Below are positions 44,671-59,189 of a stretch of DNA of 64,000 bases, piece by piece. Below the pieces are notes generated by a model. It had not been told where the DNA came from, did no database searches, and saw nothing but the letters and a program-made list of their open reading frames with translations. This DNA is from Hemiscyllium ocellatum (Eukaryota). Each line of letters starts with the position of its first letter. Position 1 is the stretch's first letter. The stretch is taken from assembly GCF_020745735.1 (NCBI RefSeq), contig NC_083450.1, positions 10,785,883-10,849,882 of the forward strand, given 5' to 3'. The translations under genes were made by a program, and so were the position numbers.

Positions 44671-47600
44671 CGTTACCAAGATCAGTATATGGGGATTGGT
44701 CAAAGAAATTCAAGAAGAAACCTTGTGTTCAAGCCGATGTTAAATGTTGGCTGTTAACTGGGACTTTGTTGAGAGATGCCCAGTGTGAAAAGGAATGGTC
44801 AGAACTTGAACTGGGGATTAAACTGTGTTTTCTCTAAGAAGGAATTTGGCTGTTGATGCTGCAGCCTGTGGAGTACCATCTCCCTATCCAACCTCTAATT
44901 AACAGCTAGTTAGGTTTTAGGCAATAGAAATTAAGTTATTAGTAACACTGATTTCCTCAGAGTGAACTTAAAACCTGTGCCTGATCTACATCTCCAAAAA
45001 CGATGCCTGTTGAAGAATGCTTTATGTAAAACTCTTAACAATGCAATCAATTTTGTTAATTTATTTTATTTATAACCTTACAATGTTTGTTTGACTTTAT
45101 ATCTTTTGTGTGAATGGGACTGAAAACAAAGGTGATTTATTTTAAATCATATACATAAGTTATATTACTTTGTTGTTTGATTTTGCTCTGCTAAAGTTGA
45201 TTTGAATTTTGACTTGGGATTTATTATTGTCACATGTAGTTAGATGCATTAAAACGTATTATTTTGAGTACTAACCTGATAAATCATACCTTACATAATT
45301 GAACAAAATGCAAACTATAATGTTTCAGCTACAGAAAACGTGCAGACATAAATCAACTCTAGTATTTGCAAAGACAGTTCGTATATCTGAAAAGAGCTCG
45401 GAAGAAGCTGTTCTTGAATTTGTTCATATATGCTTTCAAATGGTGCATCTTTCACTAGACAGAAAGAGGTCGAAGAAAGTACAACCAGGGTGCAGGTATA
45501 ACTTTGGCTGCTTTCCCAAGGCAGTGGGAATTGTAGGTGGACTTAGTGGAAGGAATTCTGATGAGTGTAATTTCTTGCAGTCTGCCACTGAGCAGTTGCC
45601 ACACTCCTGTCATGCTCCTGGATAGCATGCTTTCTATTTTGTATCTATAAAAATTGTTGAAAGTCATCGTGAACATGCTGAATTATGCTAGCATTCTGAG
45701 GAAGAAGAGACATTGGTGTATTTTTTTTTGTCAATAGAGTCTAAGTCGATGCATCGGGGTAAATTGTTGATGTTAATGTCTAGAAACTTGAAGCTTTCGG
45801 TGACTGCGACCCCAGCACAATGAATCCAGACAGCAGCTGACAGCCACACCACTTCCTGAATTCGATGACCACCCTCTTCGTTTTGCTGACATTGAAAGAA
45901 TTATAGTTGTCTTTCCACTGTTGAGGTAGTCCCTCATCAGTGTGACACCACATAGTCGCTCGTTGGCATAAATATTACTGCACTAATAGAATTAACTTGC
46001 CTAACCAGCATTAAAATGAGGCCATAAGTTAGCACCATGGTAGATTTGAGAAGGAGAGAGGTAATAGAGTCGACTTTGAACAAAGAATTTTACAAATTAC
46101 TATTCAGGGTATTTGGCACAAACAGCAACTGCAGAGGTCTGTAGCAGACAATTTCATGAGGTAAGCCTAAGCACAAACAGCCTGAAATTCTCCACCTCCT
46201 GATACTGTCTGGCTTGTTGTGTTATCCCAGCCTCCTGCTTGTCGACTTTGGATTTGAGCATCTGCAGTTTTTTTCTCTCTCTCTGTAATGAGGTTTGTAG
46301 CAAGCATTAAATAGAAAAGTATAATCCACCAATAACAGACATTGATGATAATTGTGGGATCATAATTCGTAAAAATCTACGAGATCAAACAAGACCATTA
46401 AGCCGTGAAAGTAATTGAGTTTTAGTCTTATGAAAGGAAAAAAAATGTTGCCTTATTAGGAAAAAGAGTTAACCAGAGTAGGACCAATAAAGTTCATCCC
46501 AGAATGCAGTATGCGACTACAATGAGTTGTATTGCACCTGCAAGATAAACGGGACGTATCTAACTGAGCCTCCAATTTCAGGTAGGTCAGAAACCGTTCA
46601 TAACTCAATAGTTAAACCGTGTGTAAGAACATGTGTAAGCTTAAACCTTCATTTATAATTAGCTGTTAGGAAGAGCTAACATTGCGAATCATTGCAATTA
46701 TAGTAAGAGCTCCCTTCCTTCTGAACCTCCTGCGATTCGGACAGTGGGATTTATAAGATGAGTAACAGTATTTGATCGGGATATCAATTAATAAAATGAA
46801 TAACATAATTCGAACAGTCCTGACAGATAATCAAGTCAGGTAAAAGTCCAGAGGAATATTACCAAACACTTTGAAATGCGATTTAATGGGATACATTGTA
46901 AGATCTCAGGCCTGAAGACTGCAATTTCTGATAAACATGATGAGATCGACCTGCTCATAGGCGCGCCCATCACTGCTCAGGTGTTTCACAGGATTGGATG
47001 TCCAAATGAAAGGGGAACAATGGCACTGCAGTCTCCTAGGGAAATCACAGCGTCATTGACCTCACTTCTGGTCTAGGCTGAATATTAAAAGGTCGATTGG
47101 GTCCCACACATAGGCCAGATTCAGAGTGGCCTGGGCCTCCCCAGCATCTGTGATAATGAAATTGAATAAAGATCGATTGTGCTTTTGAGTACAGAACTCA
47201 AGACTGCTCTTTGTCTCTCTCCCCAACAACACCATGGCACTAAGCTGTCTGTCTCTTTCCTGTACTCTGTCTCATCGTTGTTTGAGATTTGACTCACTGC
47301 AGTGGTATGATCACAGCTGAATTTGGTCACACAGTCGTGACTGTCTCATATATTACATTGAAAATTACTTCTCTTAAGTGGCTTTCAAATACATTGAATT
47401 GTTCAAGCTAAAGTTACAAATTTTTGAAGAACAAAAACAGTTCTTTTCTAAACCTTGCTTTACTGAATTTCTAAGTGGTGTTAGGAAGTTTTGCAATAAT
47501 AATTAAAATCACACATTTATTTTTCACTGGAGTATGTTCACGAACACATGGAAATTTAGAAGAGGAATCAAAGAATTCCGATTTGCAACAATGGAGAAAT

Positions 47601-49179
47601 CATTGCTGAAATGTGTTTGTATATGGAAAAGGTAGAAGTTATATTGATCCATAAGGGGATAATTCAACATTTCATTTTAATTCACGTGAAATATGATAGA
47701 TTGCTTACACACTCTGAATGGGTAACCCGCACTGAATGTGATTGTATTCAGTTCTATTTCTAGGACAATAATAGAAATTAATCGTGACTAGTCACACAAA
47801 TCTTTGTAAGTCACGGTTTATTAATTAAGGTGAGCGATATTCTCGTGAATGAAATCAACGTTTTCAAGAAGTGCTGTTTTAATTGTAAGAAATGTGGCGA
47901 AACGTACTTCCATTGTGCACCTTACTTGACGATGTAATTCCTGAAACTTTGACAATTTCGATCCAAGAATGAATTACTTTGAAAAAACACTTGAATTTTC
48001 TGTTCAATGATGTGAAGGTAGTTATGAAATACAGTAATGAAGCAAATATCAGCAAGTATTGTCAAAACATTCATCGTACAAGAACAGGCATCAAAAGCGA
48101 TTGGCATACACTTAAGGATATGCTTCCAACTATTTATAAGGTATTCAGGAAACGTACAGACCCAGAGGTGGTCGCTATCTTGACCTCACTGCCTGAACGG
48201 ATGGTAGAGGCAAAAACTATCACAAACTTAAAAAGGAATTGGAGACCATATTTCTATGTGCATTTCAGGTCAAACGATCTGACAGAGGTAATTAGGAGCA
48301 GACTGTTTTTTTTTGAATAATTTGCCACACACTCCGAAGCAATAAATGAAATTGTCTCCATCAGTCTCCTTACTGGTTAATAATTCCACGTTGTCACATT
48401 TTCAAAAAAAAAGCTACGTAAATTTCGCTTTAGATTTCAGTACTGATTTGGAAATTTGTCGTGATATTGAGTCACTCAAGTATCGATACTTTGGAAGAAG
48501 CGTTCAACTGAGAAACGGCACATAGCGTATTTTGTGCAATGAAATGCAATAGCTGTCATCATGCCTTTACCATCACTAATTGAGCTTTGTAAGTCTGGAG
48601 GATATATCTCCCAGACTGGATCTGTGTCATTCTCTGCTAGTTCAGCCGGAGAAAATGGGAGTTTGGTAACATTCCTGAAGTAGCTTGGAACAATCTGATG
48701 TCTATTTGCAACTGTCCATGACAGCAAGTGCTGGAGGGATGCTTTCCATTATTATTAATTTATGTGATGAAGTACTCCCTGGCTAGGTCAACATTATTGT
48801 CCACCCTAATTATCCATGATGTCAACTTAGGAGTCAACCACATTGCTGTCTCTCTGGAGTCACGAATATGCCTGGTCAAGTAAGGAGGCAGTTTCCTCCC
48901 CTAAAGGGTATGAGTGAACCAAATGGGGTTTACACACAATCCACAAGGGATTCATGGTCATTGTAAGGGTCGTAGTTCCAGATTTTTATTGAATTAATAT
49001 ACCATAGTGAGTTTCAGACCCATGTCACCAGGACATTACCTAGGTCGCATGATTAATACTCTAGTGATAACTACAGCTGAGATTAACCTGTATTAACATT
49101 AGGTTAACTTTATTGACTCGACTAAACCGCCTTCAAATATATCAAGGAGAAAACCTAGATTCTTACTTTTATCATACGT

Positions 49180-52100
49180 AAAGTGCCAGGTTCTGTGGTT
49201 GATATATAATTCTATTGGCCAGACTACTCAGCTTTAAGCCAACACACAATTTATTGAGAACGAATAGTGTGGTCTTCTGCAGACGTTTCAGAGATTCACC
49301 AAGAGTACTATTACCATATGATTGGACGGAGCATTTACTAGGACACCTGACGATGCCAACAGCATCAACAAGTACAGCATGCTAAAACTACTGGACCTAT
49401 GCCTCATTTCTCACTTTACATTCAACGGTATGTCAATAGGGTCACTTATACTAGCAGAGGCGGTAATGTGATACTTAGAATGGATAGCCACTCCCACATC
49501 CAACACAAACTTTGGATCCATTATGTAATGACAGCTTTGTCACTTCTAAATTTTCACAACTGAAACAAACCCACCACCACATCAATAACATCCTCACCAG
49601 AGTAAAGTTCACTAAAGAAGAGGAAAGCAACAATAAACTCAGCTTCCGTAACATGTCAGTGGGACGCGCACCTCCGGTGAAGTCTCACCCATACTGACCA
49701 GATACTGAAGTATAACAGCCAACCACTCGAGCACCAACAAAAATACTTGCATTAGAACACTGGTTAAATGAAGAAGGACACATTGCCGCAACCGAGAACT
49801 CCAGAAGGAAAAACAGGAACGCCTATTCAACGGACTTTAACAAAACGTTTACCCTAACAGTACTATCCTCCCATACTTACGCAACAAGTCTGTTATGGAC
49901 CAGGCCAGATCACCTCAAAACATCTCAAGAAAGTAGTTCTGACCCGACGATTGTTAGTTGCTTTAAGCAGCCGCAGTGTTGATATTCTAGGAGAGATGTT
50001 GCTGGTCAAACAATTTAGTTTTAAACAAAACAGAACTAATTTGCAAGGTTACTGAATGAAACATAAACAATAGAGAACAGAAAGCAGAACAAGTTAATTC
50101 ATCCGAAAAACCAACAAATTGTCCCAACTTAAAGATGATGTTCTAAATACATGCAACAATCCCCATGCAGATCGCTTGACACAGAAGCTAATATCAAACA
50201 CATGGTCTTACAGGAGAGATGTCAGAGAGAGGATCCGCATGGACTCGCTGGTTTGAGTCCAGCTGCTCCATAATATTATGGTGCTAAAACCAAACAAAAA
50301 AAAAGAGTCAAGCTGAGCTCGGAGAACTGGCCTCTCCCCTTGTATTGTGGAACGTTGTTTGTCTTTATAACTTGAAAGTCTTATTCCTGGTGCAGTATTT
50401 ATTAGCTATAATCAAATTGGCCCTAAAACCTTTCAACTTAGACTTTCTGGAGTCTGTGCCTTTCATAATCTTTTCAGAAACAAAACCAAGGACAACATAA
50501 CTTGTTGAAGTAGCAGCATCGTCACAAACCGAAAGAAGAAAACATTGCATGATCAGGCACGATAATGACCATATCGTACATCAAAGAAATATCAGAAATG
50601 ACTACCGACTACTCATATCCCTCGGAATCTTTGAGGGCCACCTACAAGCAAACACCTTTCACCAGCTCCTCAAAAAGAATAAAGATCCGACACCCACATT
50701 CAACCAGGATGATCGTTATCCACAAAGAATGTGAAAAACACTACACAGACAAACAGAAAGAAAGCTGACCATACCAGTCATCGAACATCAACTCGCCACT
50801 GCCAGACATGACCACTCTCTCATTTCCAACTACACAGACAACGGAAGACACGAATTAAACTGGGAAAATTTAACCAACTTAGCACAGGCTAAACAGAGAC
50901 ACTTGAGAGAATGCTTAGCAAATTAGTACTCCAACCGGAATGTAATTATGAACACATTGAACTGGGCCCCACACACAAACCACGCACATACCGAACCATA
51001 AGTACCAAAAACAGAGACATATAAATTACCAGGGGGACAGCCACCAAGTATTGAATACACAGTGACGATGTCACTTAGCAAAGTACCTACAACATTTGCA
51101 GAAAACCGCACAAGCTCAAAGAACGAATCTACATCTGCAACTCCAACCCGGACTACAAATCTTTGCAAAAACTCTAAAAACATATGGGCGCGACACCCTC
51201 ACACGAGCCAGATGATTGGAGAAAAACGCCATCTACCTGAATACAACTGAGGAACAACTGTACTTCCTACATGATTACCTTAAGTAACAGGCATTGCCAC
51301 CAGCTTTAAAATAGAAACCACTCGTTATCAACTAGCAGTCAAGAAGAACAGAAGAGCAGAACAGCTGCAAAGTGTTCAGGGTGATATAACCATCTCCACA
51401 AATATGAACAGGAAATTTCCCCGAAACAAACTCTGTACTCCAACACTGCTGACACCGAATGGACAACTGCATGAGGACAAGTCATCACTATATCACAACA
51501 CAGGACCAGAGTAGGATTAAATAAACACTGCAGGAGAAATTACCACAACTCACCCACAATAACCATGCAGACAACGCAGAAACATGGATAAAGAACTTTT
51601 CAGACACACCATTCACAAACTCGAATAAATCTGTCCCGGTAAGTGGGGAAAAAAAACCCACAAAGATGCTTGTAAAACTGATTTCCTACTAGTAATAGAA
51701 GCCAAATTGAAAGAGAATGGAGTTTATGAAGAAACACAAAAGACTATCAGACAGATGATAGCCCCCAACTCTAAGTTGAAAACGAAACTGGAAAACAATC
51801 ACCACAGAAGAAAGGAACGCCCTAGAGTAACTCAAAAAAAGACTCAATTGCATTAATACACCAAAAGGACAAAAGAAGGATGATAGTAATGCTAAGCAGA
51901 GACCACTTCATGCAGAAAGGAAACGAACTACTTGGCGATATCATTACTTACCTATATTTGGCGATAGATTTGATCCCACAATCAAGAACAGGCTTACCAT
52001 AACAATGAAGTAATCACACAGTGCAGGAGACATCAGCAAGAGACTCGTAAAACATGAAACCCAACACAACCAACACACACCGATTCGACAGACTACGCAT

Positions 52101-53530
52101 GGTACACAAAGCAGGAGGACGCCTCATACCTATTATGTCAATCTCAAGGACACATAGCTACCTGCTAGCCAGGGAGTTGTAAACAAGACGAAAACACCTA
52201 ATAGATTTTTTCATACACTCCATTTACTTTCCCCAAGTTTCTTAACTTCATCGGAAACACCACAATAAAGGAGAACTTAATAATGATTTCATTTGATGTA
52301 ACAGTGCTATTCCCATCGGTAGCCATCGACCTAGTCAAGAGTACCATTGCCACATGATTGGATGAAGTGTTTACTCGGAAACCCGACGACACCAGTGGCA
52401 TCAACAAAAAACAGCATGCGAAAACAATTGGACCTATTCTTCAGTACCAGCTTTAATTCATTGGACAAGTATATGGACAAATCAATGGAGTCACCGATAT
52501 CAGAACTTTAAGCAGAAGCAATAATGCAACGCTGAGAATCGACAGCCCTCCGCCCATCATCCAACCCAAACTTCGGATCCGCTTCGTACTTGATACCTTT
52601 GACATCAGCAAATGTACACAACTGGAAGAATCCCATTACTACATCAATAGTATCCTCGCCAGAATAAAACTCACTAAAGAAGAGTAAAACAACAAGAGAC
52701 TCCCCTTCCTGATCGGAGAAGTGCAATGCACACCTACTGGTGAACTCCAAACCAGTGCATACAGGAAGAACACCCATACGCATACAACACTACAACAGCA
52801 ACCTCTCAGCATTAGGAAACTATTTAAACGAGGAAGGACACGCTACAGAAAACCACAACCCCAGAAGGCAGAACAAGAACATGTATTTCGGGAATTTAAA
52901 CAAAACGGTACTCTACCAGCGCTGTACAATGATACATACTCAACAAACTGAAGAAGAAAACAATTCAGGCTCAAACACGATAGTGATCAAACAATAAATC
53001 AAATAAATGTCAGAAATAACGATGCGATTACTCAGAACTTTTGTGGCCCACAAACCAGTAAGCACTTTGCTCTAACTCCTCATAAAGATTAAAGACACAT
53101 CACTCACTTTCAACAAGACGAACATTATCTGGAGGATAACGTGCAAGGGCTGTAGAAAGACACTACAAAGACAAACAGGAAGAAAACAAATGTGACAAGA
53201 GCACAAACATCAGCTCGGCACTGCCAGACACGAGTACTCCTTCATTTCGAAACGCACAGATGACAAAGGACCCAAATTCAGCTGGGACAATGCAATCATC
53301 TTAGCAGAGGCTAAACAGAGACATGAGAGAATTCCAAAAAAAAAACTGGCACTCCAAATGGAACTCAATCAATAACCACATTGAATTGGACCCCACACAA
53401 ACTACACACATACAGAACCGGAAATACCAAAAAGCAGAGTCACATAAACACCAGACACGCCACCAACACAGCATCGAACATGGACTGACGCAGCTAAAAA
53501 GGCGACAAAATATCTGCAGAAAATGGGACC
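49180..53530 (+). mobile_element. Array of decayed Penelope-like elements (RT and GIY-YIG), a second family
   Basis: SFDVTVLFPS (52285-52320), MGSL..AEAVM, WIHY-DD-F, CRKTLQRQTG and WHSKWNSINNHIELDP remnants occur several times. Confidence 0.75.
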
Positions 53531-53579
53531 AGCTTGGCGAACGAATCTGCACTGTCATCCACAAACCCCACTACAAATC

Positions 53580-53810
53580 GGGGAGGTGCTGCAGGTTTAG
53601 CGCTGCTGCCTCACAGAACCAGGGTCCCAAGTTCGATTCCAACTTCGGGCGGCTGTCTGTGTGGCGTTTGCATATTTTCGCTGTGTCTGCATTGTTTTGC
53701 TCTGGTTTTCTCCCACATTCCAAAGGTGTGCAGTTCAGCTAAATTGGTCTAGCTAAATTGCCCCATAGTGCTAGGTGCATTTGTCGGATGGAAATGCGTC
53801 TGGGAGGTTA
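53580..53810 (+). mobile_element. Decayed tRNA-derived SINE
   Basis: tttagcgctgctgcctcacagaaccagggtcccaagttcgattcc head. Confidence 0.75.
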
Positions 53811-53907
53811 CTTTGTTTCGAAACTGTAGGAAGTTTAAGCTAATATAAAACCACACTAAAAAAACATGGACGAGAAGTAGAAACACAACAGCCTTTCAGA
53901 TACACCA

Positions 53908-56900
53908 TAGCTAGGAGAAAGTGAGGACTGCAGATGCTGGAGATCAGAACATAAAAACGTGTTGCTGGAAAAGCACAGCAGGTCAGGCAGCATCAAAGGA
54001 ACAGGAGAATCGGCGTTTTGGGCATAAGCCCTTCATCAGGAATGAGAAGGGTCTTCCAAGCAGGCTAAGAAAAAAGGTAGGGACGAGGGAATTGGGGAAG
54101 GGGCGTTGGGAATACGATACATGAAAGGAAGTTAAGGTGAGGGTTATAGGCCGGAGAAGGGGTGGGGCGGAGAGGACAGGAAGAAGATAGGCCAGGAAGG
54201 AGCTAAAGAGGGAGCTAAGAAAAGCGAGAAGGGGACATGAAAAGTCTTTAGCTGGTAGGATTAGGGAAAACCCAAAGGCTTTCTATAGGTATGTCAAGAA
54301 TAAAAGGATGACTAGGGTAGGTATCGGTCCAGTCAAGGATAGTAGTGGGAAGTTGTGTGTGGAGGCGGAGGAGATTGGAGAGACATTAAATCAGTACTTT
54401 TCATCAGTATTCACTCAGGAACAGGACACTGTTGCTGATGTGAATATGGAATCACAAATAATTAGAATGGATGCCCTTGAAATATGCAGGGAAGAGGTTT
54501 TGGGAATATTGGAAAGGATGAATATAGATAAGTCTCCTGGGCCTGATGGCATTTACCCCAGGATCCTATGGGAAGCTAGGGAGGAGATAGCAGAGCCATT
54601 GGCCTGGATTTTTATGTCGTCATTGTCAACGGGAATAGTACCAGAGGACTGGAGGATAGCGAATGTGGTCCCATTGTTCAAGAAAGGGAGTAGGGATAGC
54701 CCTAGTAACTATAGGCCAGTGAGTCTGACTTCAGTGGTGGGCAAAGTCTTAGAGAGAATGGTAAGGGATAAGATTTATGAACATCTGGGTAGGAATAACG
54801 TGATCAGGGATAGCCAGCATGGTTTTGTGAAGGGCAGGTCGTGCCTCACAAACCTTATTGAGTTCTTTGAGAAGGTGACTATGGAAGTGGATGAGGGTAA
54901 AGCAGTAGATGTTGTGTATATGGATTTTAGTAAGGCGTTCGATAAGGTTCCCCATGGTAGGCTAATGCTAAAACTTCGGAGGTATGGCATTGAGGATACA
55001 TTAGAGGTTTGGATTAGGAATTGGCTGGCTGGAAGGAGACAGAGGGTAGTAGTTGATGGATTATGTTCATCTTGGAGCGCAGTTACTAGCGGTGTACCAC
55101 AAGGATCTGTTTTGGGACCATTGCTTTTTGTTATCTTTATAAATGATCTAGAGGAAGGACTTGAAAGCTGGGTAAGCAAGTTTGCGGATGACACGAAAGT
55201 CGGTGGAGTTGTGGATAGTGAGGAAGGAAGTGGTAGGTTACAACGGGATATAGATAAGTTGCAGAGCTGGGCGGAAATGTGGCAAATGGAATTCAATGTA
55301 GCTAAGTGCGAAGTCGTTCACTTTGGTAGGAATAACAAGATGATGGATTACTGGGCTAATGGTAGGCTACTTGGTAGTGTGGATGAGCAGAGGGATCTTG
55401 GTGTCTATGTACACAGATCTCTGAAAGTTGCCACCCAGGTAAATAGTGCTGTGAGGAAGGCATATGGTGTACTGGGCTTTATTGGCAGAGGAATTGAGTT
55501 CCGGAGTCCTGAGGTCATGTTGCAGTTGTATAAGACTCTGGTGAGGCCTCATCTGGAGTATTGTGTGCAGTTTTGGTCGCCATACTATAGGAAGGATGTG
55601 GAAGCTTTAGAACGAGTGCAGAGGAGGTTTACCAGGATGTTGCCTGGAATGGTAGGAAAATCTTATGAGGAAAGGCTGAGGCACTTGGGGCTGTTCTCAT
55701 TGGAGAAGAGAAGGTTTAGGGGAGATCTGATAGAAGTGTATAAGATGATTAGGGGTTTAGATAGGGTAGATACTAAGAACCTTTTGCCGCTAATGGAGTC
55801 AGGTGTTACTAGGGGACATAGCTTTAAATTAAGGGGTGGTAGGTATAGGACAGATGTTAGGGGTAGATTCTTCACACAGCGGGTTGTGAGTTCATGGAAT
55901 GCCCTGCCCGTATCAGTGGTGAACTCTCCTTCTTTATGTTCATTTAAGCGGGCATTGGATAGGCATTTGGAAGTTATTGGGCTAGTATAGGTTAGGTAGG
56001 ACTCGGTCGGCGCAACATCGAGGGCCGAAGGGCCTGTACTGCGCTGTATCCTTCTATGTTCTATGTTCTATGTTCTATGTTCTAAGATTTCAGATCAAGA
56101 AGGCGGTGCTGAGTCTGACGGTTGGGACTGAGAAAATGTGGAGGGAGGGGAAATGAGAAAGCTGGAGAAATCTGCATTCATCCCTTGTGGTTAGAAGGTT
56201 CCTAGGCATAAGATGAGGTGCTCTTCCTCCAGGTGTCGTGTTGCCATGGTCTGGCGATGGAGGAGGCCAAGGACCTGCATGTCCTTGGCGGGGTAGGAGG
56301 GGGAGTTAAAATGTTCAGCCACGGGGCGGTTGGATTGGTTGGTGTGGGTGTCAAAGAGGTGTTCTCTGAAACGTTCTGCAAGTAGGCGGCCTGTCTCCCC
56401 AATGTAGAGGAGGCCACATCGGGTGCAGCGGATGCAGTAAATGATGCGTGTGGAGGTGCAGGTGAATTTGTGATGCATATGGACGGATCCCTTGGCGGCT
56501 TGGAGGAAAGTGAGGGGGACCAGTGGGGATCTGTCCTGGTGGCGATTGGAGGGGCTAGGTTCAAGGGCGGAAGAGCAGGAAGTGGAGGAGATGCGGTGGA
56601 GAGCATCGTTAACCACGACTGAGGGGAAATTGCGGTCTTTGAAGAAGGAGGCCATCTGGGTTGTTCAGTATTTGAGTTGGTCCTCCTGGGAGCAAATGCG
56701 GCGAAGGCAAAGGAATTGGGAATATGGGATGGCGTTTTTACAGGGGTCAGAGTCGGAGGAGGCGTAATCTAGGTAGCTGTGGGAGTCAGTCGGTTTATAG
56801 CAAACATACGTGTTGAGTCGGTCGTCTGAGATAGAAATTGAGAGGTCTAGGAAGGGGAGGGAGAAGTCTGAGACGGTCCAGGTAAATTTGAGGTCGAGGT

Positions 56901-56960
56901 GGAAGGTGTTAGTAAAGTGGATGAACTGTTCAACCTCTTCCAAATGGAAAGGGAACTGGA
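53908..56960 (-). mobile_element. Penelope-like element (RT end, GIY-YIG endonuclease, pLTR) split by a CR1 insertion
   Basis: IIYCIRCTRCGLLYIGETGRLLAERFREH (ORF 56191-56655); LPFLDLSI and YVCYKPTDSHSYLDY (ORF 56665-57000). Confidence 0.9.
54191..56084 (+). mobile_element. 5'-truncated young CR1, near-identical to the 19.8-23.5 kb copy
   Basis: The 560-aa ORF at 54308-55990 differs from the first copy at two residues; same 3' UTR and (TTCTATG)n tail; AAGAT repeated at 54184-54188 and 56084-56088. Confidence 0.97.
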
Positions 56961-58740
56961 ACACACTCACCGCAGGACAAAAAGGAAGTACTGCAGACAT
57001 TCAAAAGAGACAAGAACATAATTATACTACCTGCATAAGAGAATACTAAACAGCGAAAAGCACATGGAGAAAGCAAACGAACCACTCAGCAATACCTCTA
57101 CTTATCGAGAGGTGGCGACAGACACCGCACCTCAACTCGTGAACAAGATTACTATGACACTGAAGCAACTACACAGCAAATGCGGTATCAGCAAAACAGA
57201 CCTGAAGTAAAAAGAAACCTGACGAATCCAATGCACCCGATTCCATGGACTGCACAAGGCTCACAAAGCAGGTGCCCTCTCCCCCGCCCCCCCCCCCCCA
57301 AGATCCAATGCATCAGCTCCACAGAAACCTACCTACAGACGAGCCAAGGAGCTGTAACCAAGACTAAGACACCTAATAGAATTCTTCAATCACTCCATCC
57401 ACTCCTCCCAAGAGCTTCTTAACATCGTCAGTGAAACCACAATAGAGAAGGATGAAATAATGATTTCATTTGATGTAACAATGCACCTTACGTCTATACA
57501 TATCGACTTAGTTATACCATTATAATAAGTTATACCATTACAAATACCATTGCAGTTACTCGGACAGACAACAAATCCAGCAGCACCAAGATGAACAGCA
57601 CGCTAAAACTACTGTACCTATGCCTTGGTACTCACTTTACATTCAATGGGCAAGTGCATAAACAAATCAACGGTACATCAATGGGGCCATTGATATCAGG
57701 ACGGAAAGCAAAAGCAGTAATGCAACGTTGGGAATCGATAGACCTCCTCAACATCCAACCCAAACACTGGATCCACTATGTCGATGATACCTTGTCATCA
57801 CTAAATGTACACAACTGGTAGAAACCCACCACCACAGCCATAACATTGTCACCAGAATAAAGTTCACTATATAAGATGAAAACAGCAAAAGACACCCCTT
57901 CCTGAATATATTAATGGAACGCGCACTTACCAGTGAACTCCAGACGAGGAAGAACACCTACACACATACTACACTATAACAGCAACCACCCCAGCACCCA
58001 CAAACAACGTTGCTTTAGAGCAGTGGCTGAATGAGCCAAGGACACCCTGCAGTAACCCAGATCTCAGGAAGACAGAACAGGATCACCTATTTAAGGGATT
58101 TAAGCAAAACAGTTACCAGAAGAATCCTATCCTCCGATACTTACATCACAAAAAATAGAAGAAAACAGTGCTCGACCAAACACGATTGTGACCATACGGT
58201 ACATCAAAGAAATATCAGAAATGGCTACTCAGCTACTCAGATCCCTAGGAATCTTAGTGGCCCACAAATTAGTAAACACCTTCCACCATCTCCTTACAAA
58301 TGTTAAAGACCCGACACGCACATCCAACAGAACAAATGTTCTCTGCAAGATATCCTGCAAGGATTGTGAAAAAAAAACACTACATAGGGCAAACAGGAAG
58401 AAAATTGACCACACGAGTGCATGAACCTCAGCACTCCACTGCCAGAAACGACCATTTCCAACCATGATGATGACGAATGACATGAATTCAAATAAGACAA
58501 CGTAACCATGTTAGCACAGGCTAAACAGAGACACGTGAGAGAATCCTGGCGGTCTAACTGGAGCTCAATCAATAAACACATTGAACTACTCCCCATACAC
58601 AAACCACGCACACACAGAACCGGAAATACCAAAATACAGAGAGACATAACTACCAGGTGGGATAGAACTACCAACAGCGTATCGAACAGACACTGAAATT
58701 GTCACCAAGTGAGGCAACCAAATGTCTGGAGAAGGCTCAG
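56960..58740 (+). mobile_element. Decayed Penelope-like element (RT and GIY-YIG)
   Basis: HFTFNGQVHKQINGTSMGPLISG, HWIHYVDDT and NVLCKISCKDC. Confidence 0.85.
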
Positions 58741-59189
58741 CAAGCTAATCTATGAGCTCACCACAAAGCAAGCTATAATTGTTTGCAAATATGCAGCACA
58801 CTTTATTGTTACACTTGGTTACATACAATCAAAATAAAGAAGAATTGGTCTAACTTAACTGCATTGGTAAATTAACAAAAAAAAAGAGTATTTAATTAAT
58901 AAATAGCAACAGTTCCAATGCAGTAAATAATCATAAGCACACACTTGGCAAAGGCAAAATCAGTAAAATTGATTCAGTTACATGTAATGTGTCGCCAGTC
59001 AAGGAGAACAGAACTCCAAGAAAAATATTGGGCACAAAGAGAGAACTCTAGTGTTTTGCTGTGGCTGAGTGAGATGTATAGCAGTTTTCACAATAAACGC
59101 AAAAACCCCAGCAACAACTGAAAAATAAGCTACAACCCTTGTTCTGCAGAAGTCTTAAACCACCCATTCACGCTGTTTCTTTGTTCTAA

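Noticed and set aside
48476-48727. ORF with ENDTDPVWEIYPP, faintly like a C1 domain start after a phase-1 acceptor
   Set aside because: It lacks the CLV...W core at correct spacing and stops early.
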